A DNA stretch of 64,000 nucleotides from Candidatus Bathyarchaeota archaeon (GTDB taxonomy: Archaea > Thermoproteota > Bathyarchaeia > 40CM-2-53-6): NCBI GenBank assembly GCA_963726255.1, contig CAVSBL010000002.1, forward strand, positions 192,001-256,000, written 5' to 3'. Both the position numbers and the translations under genes were made by a program. This document shows, piece after piece, positions 49,461 through 58,596 of the stretch (its first letter is position 1; every line of letters starts with the position of its first letter). The notes under the pieces were generated by a model. The model saw only the letters and a program-made list of their open reading frames with translations, was not told the origin of the DNA and made no database searches.

Positions 49461-49987
49461 TTTTCGAGGCTCCTTCTTATTCTTCGATTGGCATAAAGAA
49501 CCAAGAACACTAACACGGCCGCCGCCATGTTGGTCACGAGGAAAGCCGTAGCAAACCCAGGGTCAGTAAAGGAACCTACTTGGCCCGGCGAGAGGTAGCC
49601 GTAAATCGTCAGGCCTAGAAATTCAGCGGCCACGACGAATGCAACTGCAGCAAAGATGGGCCTTCTCAGCGGGCGGCGTTCCGAACCTCGGTCGATGAAG
49701 GGAACCGCTAGCAAGAAAATTCCGAGACATGCAAGTATCAAGACGCCGTAGAGGGGTTGGACGCCTTGGGTCTTTAGAAACTGGTATACCCCCATGAAAT
49801 ACCATTCAGGTTCAAGAATTGCCGGCGGATGGAGGGGGTCGAACTTTTTCCCAAGTTGGAGAGGAAAGAGGGCTACGAAGATTGCGAGTAGTCCGATTAC
49901 GGCGAATGCGAGGCTCATTTCCGCCAATAAGACATTTGGGAAGAATGGAACGTTCTCCCGGGGTTCTTCCTCAGAGGGGTCTTGCAA
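49457..49987 (-). CDS. Cytochrome b6-type complex subunit IV (C-terminal half of cytochrome b)
   Basis: PFFP, PEWYF Qo motif, VPFIDR...RP. Confidence 0.92.
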   Translation of the reverse strand: MQDPSEEEPRENVPFFPNVLLAEMSLAFAVIGLLAIFVALFPLQLGKKFDPLHPPAILEPEWYFMGVYQFLKTQGVQPLYGVLILACLGIFLLAVPFIDRGSERRPLRRPIFAAVAFVVAAEFLGLTIYGYLSPGQVGSFTDPGFATAFLVTNMAAAVLVFLVLYANRRIRRSLEK

Positions 49988-50621
49988 TTCTATGCCTCCG
50001 AATCATCCAAAAGTGAAACGCCATCAATAGGACAAGTAATCCTGGGATGAGCAGTATGTGGCTGGCGAAGAAGCGGCCAAGCGTGTCCGTGTAGTTGTTT
50101 CCCCAGAAAAGGTAGGTTATGGTGCTTCCGAGTTGCGGAATCGAATCAGCGAGCCCTAAACCCACGCCGGCGGCGCCCACTGCTTCCTGATCCCAACGGA
50201 GAACGTACCCTGTGAAGCCAGCCATCACGGTGAAGGCGCCGAGTCCGATCCCAATGATCCAGTTGAGTTCTCTCGGTTTCTTGTATGCGCCGGTGAAGTA
50301 GACGCGAAGCATGTGTAGAATTGAAGTGATTATCATTCCGTTAGCTGAATAGAAATGGATCCCACGTATCAGCCAGCCGTACTTCACATTCATAGTGATA
50401 ACTTGGACGCTATCGTAGGCGCTGTCTGGTATCGGCTTGTAGTACATCGCAAGCATGATGCCTGTTACGGTTAGGAGAACGAAGAAGAGGAATGTGAGGC
50501 CGCCAAGGCAATACATCGGGTTGAGGGCTCGTTCGGTGATCTTCGTATTCAAGATTGGTTCGATTCTGGTTCGTTCCACAAACCAATGCCAAATCCTCTG
50601 GGAGAATGGGCGACGGCGCAT
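49971..50621 (-). CDS. Cytochrome b6-like N-terminal cytochrome b
   Basis: YCLGG; His pairs in RGIH..LHM and ASH..FH; KPRELNW; TGYVL.WDQ. Confidence 0.94.
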   Translation of the reverse strand: MRRRPFSQRIWHWFVERTRIEPILNTKITERALNPMYCLGGLTFLFFVLLTVTGIMLAMYYKPIPDSAYDSVQVITMNVKYGWLIRGIHFYSANGMIITSILHMLRVYFTGAYKKPRELNWIIGIGLGAFTVMAGFTGYVLRWDQEAVGAAGVGLGLADSIPQLGSTITYLFWGNNYTDTLGRFFASHILLIPGLLVLLMAFHFWMIRRHRIARPL

Positions 50622-50627
50622 TCCTTC

Positions 50628-51128
50628 TCAAGCCTCACCATAGAGGGGAAGCCCACTCTCGTAACCGTCCGCGTAAATGTCCCCCTGATTGTCAATTTCG
50701 AGCTTGATCTTTGGTAAAGGCCGCGGCGGAGGACCGCCCAAAACGTTTCCCGTCTCGGGGTCGAAAACACCCCCATGGCACGAGCAGAAGTTCTGGTCTG
50801 GTTTACTCTCCCATCCTGCTACGACAGTTTTGTCGTAGTGTACTTGACATCCGAGGTGCGTGCATATCGAATCGAATGCCACAAAACCGTCGGACAAGTG
50901 AATGAGAACGGCCGGTCGGTCTTTGTGCGGATATTCAAACAGCAGGCTCGTGTTGACGGGCACATCGTTCGTATTGGCAACCCGCAGTCTAGGGTAAGTT
51001 AGAGGGCCGGTTTCATGGGGAACGAACAGAAACTGCCCAAGCCTCTCTAGCGGAAAGAGCAGCGCAACTGCTCCAAACAGGGCTGTCCCCTTTAGGAAAC
51101 TACGCCTACTGAGTCTGCGGTTTGGCAA
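50628..51128 (-). CDS. Rieske iron-sulfur subunit of Rieske/cytochrome b complex
   Basis: Tat signal SRRSFLK; CTHLGC and CSCHGG boxes; GPPPRPL. Confidence 0.94.
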   Translation of the reverse strand: MPNRRLSRRSFLKGTALFGAVALLFPLERLGQFLFVPHETGPLTYPRLRVANTNDVPVNTSLLFEYPHKDRPAVLIHLSDGFVAFDSICTHLGCQVHYDKTVVAGWESKPDQNFCSCHGGVFDPETGNVLGGPPPRPLPKIKLEIDNQGDIYADGYESGLPLYGEA

Positions 51129-51199
51129 TGGTCGTACATGATGAGAGGGTAACGGTCTCTGTTTATTGGTATGGGATTAACAGAAAATACTATTCATAC

Positions 51200-51219
51200 T
51201 TGGTGGGGCCGAAGGGACT
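51200..51219 (-). repeat. 20-bp direct repeat copy 1 (tRNA 3'-end-like att site)
   Basis: TTGGTGGGGCCGAAGGGACT, identical at 57488-57507; minus strand reads AGT-CCCTT-CGGCCCC-A-CCA. Confidence 0.85.
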
Positions 51220-51362
51220 GGCAAAACAGGCTACATAAGAATGAACTGCTGAGCCATCAAATATCCAAACGCGGTGGCGTAATGCGCGTAAGAGTTGGAG
51301 ACAAACGGGTGTTCATCGGCGGCAAAGCCGTAACGATTCTCCACGCCGAACTTCATGAATAA
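51219..51362 (+). pseudogene. 3' fragment of PhzF-family protein
   Basis: WQNRLHKNELLSHQISKRGGVMRVRVGDKRVFIGGKAVTILHAELHE* resembles the PhzF C-terminus; begins at the repeat. Confidence 0.7.
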
Positions 51363-51407
51363 CCACTTAAAGAATGCACCATAGTTCATTCGTCAAACTA
51401 TGAGTGG

Positions 51408-52364
51408 GTGGCTCCGATGAAACTAGTCGTAGTAGACCATGTGCACCTTACAGACCGTCACATTCAACAACTTCGCCGAATGGGCGAGCTGCAGGTCTTC
51501 GGTGACCCGCCGAAATCCGATGAAGAATTGAGGGAGAGAATGCGGGGAGCCGACATCGTGATAGTTGGCTGGAGCAATATTACGAAAGAAATTCTCGAGT
51601 CGGTCCCAAACCTCAAGATGTTAGCGATCTGGGCTACGACCTGTCATTACGTAGACCTCGAAGCTGCTAAGAAACGAGGCATCGTCGTCACACACGTCCC
51701 AGGCTACGGTACCGAAGCAGTGGCTGAACACGCCTTCGTCCTGCTGCTCGCGACAATTAGAAAATTGTTGCTGGCTGACCATCAGATCAGAGAGGGAAAG
51801 TTTGATTGGCGGCCGCTCAAAGGAGCAGAACTTGCTGACAAAACCATAGGAATCGTTGGTACCGGTGCAATCGGCTGCAGAGTCGGCGAGATAGCCAAAG
51901 GTTTTCGAATGCGCATCCTAGGCTATGACATCACGCCAAACCACAAGAAGGCCCAAGAAATCGGGATGAAATACGTTGACCTTCAAACCTTGCTGAAGGA
52001 AAGTGACATCATAAGCCTGCATGTCACCCTAACCGCCAATTCAGAACATCTAATCGGAAAGAAGGAGTTTGAAATGATGAAGAACGGCGCTATCTTGATC
52101 AACACTTCTCAAGGCAAGGTGGTTGACGAGAAAGCGATAGTCGACGCACTTATTTCAGGCAAATTGTCCTGCGCTGGGCTAGACGTTTTCTCGCAGGAAC
52201 CTCCAGCCCGAGACAATCCACTGTTCAAACTTGACAACGTGGTTCTCACGCCTCACATAGGCTTCCACACAGGCGAAGCCGTGGAGAGATGCAGTGACAT
52301 ATGCGTTGACAACGTCGCGAAATTCTTGGAGGGACGCCCGCAGAACATCTGCGCGTCACCTTGA
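51408..52364 (+). CDS. D-2-hydroxyacid dehydrogenase (glycerate/glyoxylate reductase-like)
   Basis: EAVAEH, GIVGTGAIG, GLDVFSQEP, TPHIG. Confidence 0.9.
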   Translation: MAPMKLVVVDHVHLTDRHIQQLRRMGELQVFGDPPKSDEELRERMRGADIVIVGWSNITKEILESVPNLKMLAIWATTCHYVDLEAAKKRGIVVTHVPGYGTEAVAEHAFVLLLATIRKLLLADHQIREGKFDWRPLKGAELADKTIGIVGTGAIGCRVGEIAKGFRMRILGYDITPNHKKAQEIGMKYVDLQTLLKESDIISLHVTLTANSEHLIGKKEFEMMKNGAILINTSQGKVVDEKAIVDALISGKLSCAGLDVFSQEPPARDNPLFKLDNVVLTPHIGFHTGEAVERCSDICVDNVAKFLEGRPQNICASP

Positions 52365-52506
52365 AACATCAAAAGCCTATCAGGCCCTTCGCTTCACACT
52401 CATCTGAACCGGTTACGATTCGAGGCAAATTGGTTCCTAGTCGTGAAAATAAGTAGATTAGCAATAAATACGTTCATAACCGATATCAATCATCGAGGCA
52501 AGACTA

Positions 52507-53340
52507 TTGTCTGAGAAAAAATCTCGTAGAGGATTCGTCAAAACTGTCGGCGTTGGCGTCGGCGGCCTAATTGTCGGCGCACTTGCAGGTACGGCCGTCG
52601 CACCGATGATGACGCCACCTCCACCCAAAGCCAAATGGGCCGATATGCCCCCCGCCGGGTCTACGATTGTTCACGGTATGGACGCAGCCTATCCTCCTTT
52701 CACACAGATTGACCCTTCCGGCAACGCAGTAGGGTTCGACGTTGATGTCGTGAACATGATCGGGCAAAAATACAGTTGGAACATCGTGCACAAACCATGG
52801 GACTGGTCAGCAATTATCACAGCGGTCCAGTCTGGCGACCTAGACTTTGTCGCGTCAGGGATGACCGACACCGCAGCTAGATCAGAGATCGTGTGGTTCA
52901 GTGTTCCCTACTACAGTTACATTCACGAGCTGATCGCACTAGTAACCGACACTAGGACAAAAGACCAAATTCTCAATTCGGGATCATACGTAGCGTGCCA
53001 AACAGGTGCCACATCAGACGAGTGGGCTACGAAACTCTTAGCCAAAGGCTACACCTTCCAAAAACTCGGGCTTGATTCCTACGAACTCGCTTTCAAGGCA
53101 GTAACAGACGGCAGGGCGGTCGCCGTGATCAGCGACAGTGCCTTCACTGGGCCATACTTCAAGAGCCAACCGGACCAAGCGGCCAAGTTCAGAGTGGTTT
53201 CAACTATTGGGGGCGATGCAACGTACGGATACGCCACAAGGCCAGGCGACTTTGGGCTTAGAAATGCAATCAACCACGCACTAGAGGACATAATGGCGAC
53301 TACCGACTGGCAGGATTTAAGGGACAAGTGGAGCGTCTAA
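52507..53340 (+). CDS. Polar amino acid ABC transporter substrate-binding protein (Tat signal)
   Basis: SRRGFVK; DAAYPPF, GFDVD, GMTDT..R. Confidence 0.9.
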   Translation: MSEKKSRRGFVKTVGVGVGGLIVGALAGTAVAPMMTPPPPKAKWADMPPAGSTIVHGMDAAYPPFTQIDPSGNAVGFDVDVVNMIGQKYSWNIVHKPWDWSAIITAVQSGDLDFVASGMTDTAARSEIVWFSVPYYSYIHELIALVTDTRTKDQILNSGSYVACQTGATSDEWATKLLAKGYTFQKLGLDSYELAFKAVTDGRAVAVISDSAFTGPYFKSQPDQAAKFRVVSTIGGDATYGYATRPGDFGLRNAINHALEDIMATTDWQDLRDKWSV

Positions 53341-53416
53341 GCAAACCCAAGACTGAGCTTCCTCACTCCCACATGAATGGGAGAAAACACCGCGAACTGT
53401 CTTTGGCCGTGAGTTA

Positions 53417-54079
53417 ATGGCGGCGTTTGCGGAATTTCTCCCGTACATTCTTTCTGGTACTGTTTGGACTCTTGGTTTAGTCGCGGGCGGCATAGGGATA
53501 GGATTCGTAATCGGTCTCGTCATGGCCATTGAGCAAATCTACGGCGGCCAGGAAGCAAGGGCAATTATTCATGCATATGTCTGGTTTTTCAGAAGCATTC
53601 CACTTCTAGTGCTTCTCTTCCTATTCTACTGGGGTGTATTTCCAGCAACCGGTTTCAAGCTCGATCCTTTGGCGTGTGGCATTGTGGTTCTTGGGCTGCG
53701 AAGCGGGGCGTACCAATCTCAGATTTTCCGCGGGGCCATATTGTCGCTTGGCGATACTCAACTACTAGCTGCGCGAGCTTTGGGCATGAGCAAGCCGAGA
53801 GGCGTATTTCATATTGTCTTGCCTCAAGCGCTTCGAATCTCAATGCCGGGCTGGTCGAACGAATATTCTACCATGATCAAAGACTCGGCGATTACCTTTG
53901 CCTTGGGTGTCCTTGAAATCTTAACGAGGACAAGGTACGTTGTTAGCGCGACACATGAAGCGCTTATACCGTATTTCTTTGCCGGGGGACTCTTTCTAGT
54001 CCTTACGTACGCCGGGACCAAAGCCGTCAACATGGTCTACGAACGAACAAAGATACCCGGCTTGGTTGGGAGGCTGTGA
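53417..54079 (+). CDS. Amino acid ABC transporter permease
   Basis: FRSIPLLV, AYQSQIFRG, VLPQA, IKDS. Confidence 0.92.
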   Translation: MAAFAEFLPYILSGTVWTLGLVAGGIGIGFVIGLVMAIEQIYGGQEARAIIHAYVWFFRSIPLLVLLFLFYWGVFPATGFKLDPLACGIVVLGLRSGAYQSQIFRGAILSLGDTQLLAARALGMSKPRGVFHIVLPQALRISMPGWSNEYSTMIKDSAITFALGVLEILTRTRYVVSATHEALIPYFFAGGLFLVLTYAGTKAVNMVYERTKIPGLVGRL

Positions 54080-54080
54080 A

Positions 54081-54845
54081 ATGGCTGAAACAAATGTGGT
54101 GCTGAAGGTTGAGGGTCTGGAAAAGAGCTTCGCAGGCAACAGAATTCTCAACGGTGTGTCCTTCGAAATCGACCGAGGGCAGATTAAGGTAATATGTGGC
54201 CCAAGTGGCTCTGGGAAAAGCACGCTTCTCAGATGTTTGAATCTCATAACCCAACCCGATAAGGGGCAAGTATGGCTCGAAGGCCGGGAAATAACGAATG
54301 AGAAGGGCGACGTAAACAGGGTCAGGCAGAGAATTGGTTTCGTCTTTCAGGAATTCAACCTATTCAACCATCTCACAGCGCTGAAAAACGTCAGCATAGC
54401 CTTGGAGAAAGTCAAGAAGATGAGTAAGGACGAGGCGAACGACCTCGCCATGAAGGAGTTGGCAAGGGTCAACCTAGAGAACGACGCACACAAATACCCA
54501 GCCGAACTTTCGGGGGGACAGAAGCAGCGGGTTGCGATAGCCAGGGCTCTCGCAATGAACCCGGTAATAATGTTCTACGATGAACCGACATCCGCTCTCG
54601 ATCCTCACTTGATCGGCGAAGTTCTCGACGTCATGAAGAAGCTGGCGCAGGAGAAACTGACCAGTCTCGTCGTGACACATGAGATAGGATTCGCTCGTTC
54701 GGTCGCCGATGAAATCATGTTCATGGGGGAAGGTAAGATACTCGAACATGGGCCACCCAGTGAAATCATCGAGAACCCCAAGCATGAGGTTGTTAGACAA
54801 TTCTTCAAACGCATCAATGAACTCTACAGGAGGGACCAGCAATAG
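54081..54845 (+). CDS. Amino acid ABC transporter ATP-binding protein
   Basis: GPSGSGKST, LSGGQKQRV, DEPTSALDP. Confidence 0.94.
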   Translation: MAETNVVLKVEGLEKSFAGNRILNGVSFEIDRGQIKVICGPSGSGKSTLLRCLNLITQPDKGQVWLEGREITNEKGDVNRVRQRIGFVFQEFNLFNHLTALKNVSIALEKVKKMSKDEANDLAMKELARVNLENDAHKYPAELSGGQKQRVAIARALAMNPVIMFYDEPTSALDPHLIGEVLDVMKKLAQEKLTSLVVTHEIGFARSVADEIMFMGEGKILEHGPPSEIIENPKHEVVRQFFKRINELYRRDQQ

Positions 54846-55501
54846 CATTCTGGGACACCTACATTCCGCAGCTGCTTGCTGGGGCTCTAGTAACAGTCGA
54901 ATTGATCGTCGTATCCATCCCGATCGGCGTTGCGCTAGCAATCGTTCTAGGGGTGGCTCGGGTCTATGGAAACAAAGCTGTTTCCCTAGTCGCAACAAGC
55001 ATCGTGGGAGTTTTCAGGGGATTCCCAGCCATAGTGACCCTGTTCATAATTTTCTTCGCTCTTCCTGAAGTCAGAATTTATTTTTCACCGTACTGGTCGG
55101 CCGTTTTAGGATTCGTGCTTGTGACTGGCGCGTACCAGTCGGAGTATATCAGGGGATGCATACAATCAGTTCAGACTGGGCAATCGCTTGCAGCTCAAGC
55201 GCTCGGGATGAGTAAACCACAGGAAGTGATCCATATCATTCTACCCCAAGCGCTGAGAGCAGCGCTCCCGGGGATTACCAACGAAATCATTTATCTGATT
55301 CTCTACTCCTCGCTAGCGTCTTACATAGGCGTCCAAGAGATGTTCGGCGTAGCGAGGACGTTCAATTCTCTAAATTTTAGGCCGATAGAGATTTTTCTCA
55401 CGGCCGGCTTAGTCTACGCGGCTATTGCCACCGTCTGTTTTGTAGGTTTTAGATTAATCGAAAGGAGAGTCCGCATTCCCGGGTTGGAAGCCGCACGCTA
55501 A
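54842..55501 (+). CDS. Amino acid ABC transporter permease (probable ATA start overlapping upstream stop)
   Basis: FRGFPA, AYQSEYIRG, ILPQA; frame extends to (M)AFWDTYIPQLLAGALVTVEL. Confidence 0.9.
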   Translation: MAFWDTYIPQLLAGALVTVELIVVSIPIGVALAIVLGVARVYGNKAVSLVATSIVGVFRGFPAIVTLFIIFFALPEVRIYFSPYWSAVLGFVLVTGAYQSEYIRGCIQSVQTGQSLAAQALGMSKPQEVIHIILPQALRAALPGITNEIIYLILYSSLASYIGVQEMFGVARTFNSLNFRPIEIFLTAGLVYAAIATVCFVGFRLIERRVRIPGLEAAR

Positions 55502-55514
55502 GGAGTGAGGCCGC

Positions 55515-56714
55515 ATGCATCTAACTCGTGAGGACGAGCAGATCCTGAAAGGAGAATTCGGGGCCGGCAGACAGGCTGCGATGGAACTGCTCGTGGCCAT
55601 AGGAGAAGCCTTTGACGCTCCAAGAATGATTCCCATCAACCGTGCACATGCTGCCTCCAGCGGCCAAGAAGGCGACCTGTACTTTGTTGAAATCCTAGCC
55701 AAAGGCGGCGCCTCATGCAAAGTAACTACAACAACAAACCCGATCGTGGACTTTGATTATTTTCAGCAAATCATGAACATGGCCGAGGAACACGATGAAG
55801 CCTCGGTGGCTTGGAAGACGAAAAACTATTACAAGCAAATTGGCGCAGTCATGAGCCAGTCTTGCATTCCTTACCTCGCTGAGAACATTCCAGAATATGG
55901 AGAACACGTAGCCTTCTCCGAATCCAGCGCAACCCCGTACGTGAATTCAGTTATAGGTGGACTAACGAACCGTGAGTCCATTCAGACAGCTCTAGCAGCG
56001 GGTGTACTTGGTGAGACACCTGAATACGGAATGCACCTGAAAGAAAACCGAAGGGGCACAGTCCGTGTCAAAGTTGAAGCCAACCTAAATGATGGATATA
56101 GCTACTCACTTCTGGGGCAATATGTGGGAAAGAAAATTGCTTCCGGAATCCCCGTCTTCACGGGCATTCTAAAGCGGCCCAGGATTGATCAATACATCAA
56201 CCTATGCGCCATGTTGAACGTGACAGGTGCGATACCAATGTTCCACATACCCAGCATAACGGTTGAGGCGAGAACTGAGGAAGAAGCTTTCGCCGGAGAC
56301 ATACCAATCGAGAGGATCACGGTCACCAACCGCGAACTTTGCCAAACTCAGGACGAACTTCAAACGGCAACTGGCTCAGTAAGTGTCGTTATCCTCGGGT
56401 GCCCTCATTACAACCTGGACCAATTGGCCGAGCTAGCCGGGCTCGTGAAAGGTAAGAAGGTTCGCGATGGCATGACTTTCTGGGTTAATACGTCCGCAAC
56501 GACTAAGCTCATGGCCGACAGGGCTGGCCACACTAATACCATCCAAGAATCAGGAGTCCACCTCGTAGTGGACACCTGCATAGACATGTTCTGCTGGAAC
56601 AACCTTCGGGACAAGACCGGAATGACCGACTCACCAAAATGCGCATACTACCGAAGGTTCGGTCCAGTCAAGGTTGGCACGATGGAAGAATGCGTTGCCG
56701 CGGGCATGGAATAG
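55515..56714 (+). CDS. Aconitase X large (catalytic) subunit, DUF521
   Basis: MHLT.E....L.GE.G, SCIPY, AFSESSA, NRES, ILGCPH, DTC, TDSPKCAYY. Confidence 0.9.
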   Translation: MHLTREDEQILKGEFGAGRQAAMELLVAIGEAFDAPRMIPINRAHAASSGQEGDLYFVEILAKGGASCKVTTTTNPIVDFDYFQQIMNMAEEHDEASVAWKTKNYYKQIGAVMSQSCIPYLAENIPEYGEHVAFSESSATPYVNSVIGGLTNRESIQTALAAGVLGETPEYGMHLKENRRGTVRVKVEANLNDGYSYSLLGQYVGKKIASGIPVFTGILKRPRIDQYINLCAMLNVTGAIPMFHIPSITVEARTEEEAFAGDIPIERITVTNRELCQTQDELQTATGSVSVVILGCPHYNLDQLAELAGLVKGKKVRDGMTFWVNTSATTKLMADRAGHTNTIQESGVHLVVDTCIDMFCWNNLRDKTGMTDSPKCAYYRRFGPVKVGTMEECVAAGME

Positions 56715-56718
56715 GGCG

Positions 56719-57141
56719 GTGCCGGAGTTCGTAGAAATCAGCATTAAGTGTCACAAGCTCGCGAAAGGATTTGGAGAAGGAGAAGCTTTGGTCTCCAAGG
56801 ATCCTATCTGCTTCTACCTAGTCGAGCCGAAGACCGGTATCGTTAGAGAGAAGGGGCATCAACTCGAGGGCAAGTCGATCGCGGGTAAAGTGCTAGTGTT
56901 TCCGACGGGAAAGGCGAGTTCCGCAGTCCAAATGGACGGGCTCGTCAAGTTGTTAATCTATAAGAACGCACCTCGGGCCATGATTGTAACGGATGTGGAG
57001 CCAGTTCTCTTGGGAAGCGCGGTTCTGACTAAGATCCCGCTCGTTGACAAACTGGAAAGGAACCCATTCGAGGCCATTAGCTCCGGGGACTTCGTGAAAG
57101 TGGACGCTGAGAAGGGTTCAGTTATCGTGACAAAAGGCTAA
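56719..57141 (+). CDS. Aconitase X small (swivel) subunit, DUF126
   Basis: GEGEALVS..PI.F, GIV.E.GH.L.GKSIAGKVLVFP.GKASS. Confidence 0.9.
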   Translation: MPEFVEISIKCHKLAKGFGEGEALVSKDPICFYLVEPKTGIVREKGHQLEGKSIAGKVLVFPTGKASSAVQMDGLVKLLIYKNAPRAMIVTDVEPVLLGSAVLTKIPLVDKLERNPFEAISSGDFVKVDAEKGSVIVTKG

Positions 57142-57487
57142 TCGAGAATTTCTCGCAAACCAAATGTTAGGACAGGCCATCAGCCCTACTGTTTCTTTGT
57201 GGACTTGATGGTGAGGCCGAAGGCTTTTAGTCCTCTTTTGAAGGCAGAGCGGTCGGCTCGCACCGCGCGTCTTCCGTGCGGGAGACAGCTCAAACCTTGT
57301 GCAAGAGTCCTCATACTTGGATCAAAAAACAATTCTTCATTGGCCCAAGTCATCCTGTTCATACCCGGATTTCTCCACCATCATTCGGGATGAGTAACAT
57401 AGTTTGCTCCTAAACAGGCGACACCCCCATCCCTCAGGGCTTGAGGGCACGGAGAAGATTTTCAGCACATGTTATACACGTGCAGGA

Positions 57488-57507
57488 TTGGTGGGGCCGA
57501 AGGGACT
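57488..57507 (-). repeat. 20-bp direct repeat copy 2 (tRNA 3'-end-like att site)
   Basis: Identical to 51200-51219; partial third copy TGGTGAGGCCGAAGG at 57209-57223. Confidence 0.85.
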
Positions 57508-58065
57508 CACTGCGTATACGAAGTGGGTGTTACTCAATTGGGCCGTATTTCCTATGAGCAAGGCATGTCACTCCTTGAGCGACGATATACGCGGTCTTCC
57601 TCTTAGTGTTTGCGCGGCTGTCGGGCAATGTTGAGTTCAAATTGGTCTGCTCGCACCACTAGACCCACACACACAATTACTTGAACGACCGCGGGAGTTC
57701 AAATTCGGACGCCCGCGCCAAAATACCGCACACAAATGCTGCAACATGCTTGACAATCAAAGAGTGATCGGGCGCTAGCGACTTCGAAGGCCAGGATAGT
57801 TCTTGATTGCGAAAACCGAAAGTTGGTCGTCGCGAAGGCTTTCCAGTTCCCACGGTAAATTCGTCATTGGTGTTGCGGTTCCGAACGCTACCCATGATGG
57901 AGCAGCAGTTCCTCCAGTAGTTCTCTGAACGGCGTTGGCGACATTCTTTCCGAGCTTCTTCAAGATAAGTCAGATCGTCTGGCTGAGTGGTCGCCCCCAG
58001 CAGGAAAGTTTGAATCTGCAGATCACTGCTTAGTTAGACCCTGGAAGTACAGAGAGGAGAGCACG

Positions 58066-58410
58066 ATGAGCAACGAACAGGTGGCACCTGAGACGAAAGG
58101 TGTTACGGTGAAGTTACTTGCAACGGTTGACCTTGGCCCTGAGATCGAGGGCATGGCAGGGCGCCAACTTCGAATGCGTATGGTGACCATCGAGCCTGGA
58201 GGCGTCATCGGCCCGATTCACGACCATAAAGACAGACCAGGCACCGTCTACATACTGCAAGGAACGATCACTGACCATCGAAATGGAGTCGCTACGGACT
58301 ATGGGCCGGGAGTGGGCTGGCCCGAGGATAGGAACACCACACACTGGCTTGAGAACAGAGGAACGATTCCGGCGGTGGAGATCTCGGTCGACATAGTCAG
58401 GCAAGAGTAA
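58066..58410 (+). CDS. Cupin-domain protein (cargo)
   Basis: VTIEPGG..GP.HDH..RPG.VYILQG, HWLEN; GGAG SD. Confidence 0.88.
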   Translation: MSNEQVAPETKGVTVKLLATVDLGPEIEGMAGRQLRMRMVTIEPGGVIGPIHDHKDRPGTVYILQGTITDHRNGVATDYGPGVGWPEDRNTTHWLENRGTIPAVEISVDIVRQE

Positions 58411-58523
58411 GCTCAGGCCCTCTGGATCATACTACTGGGACTCACACTACTCACCGATCTTCGGATGGATGTTCACTGCCTGTCCGGGACTACTGAACTT
58501 TGCAGTTGTCGTTCGTCGTTCAT

Positions 58524-58567
58524 GAAATTGTGTGTGTGGGGTATGCTGGTGCGCACACACACTTTTC
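58524..58567. repeat. Back-to-back element ends separated by a target-like 15-mer
   Basis: GAAATTGTGTGTGTG-GGGTATGCTGGTGCG-CACACACACTTTTC. Confidence 0.75.
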
Positions 58568-58596
58568 TAACGAAGGACGTACAACGACAGTTCAAG

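Noticed and set aside
57199-57963. Short ORFs between AcnX and the cupin
   Set aside because: No recognisable motifs; they cross repeat junctions and are probably decayed fragments
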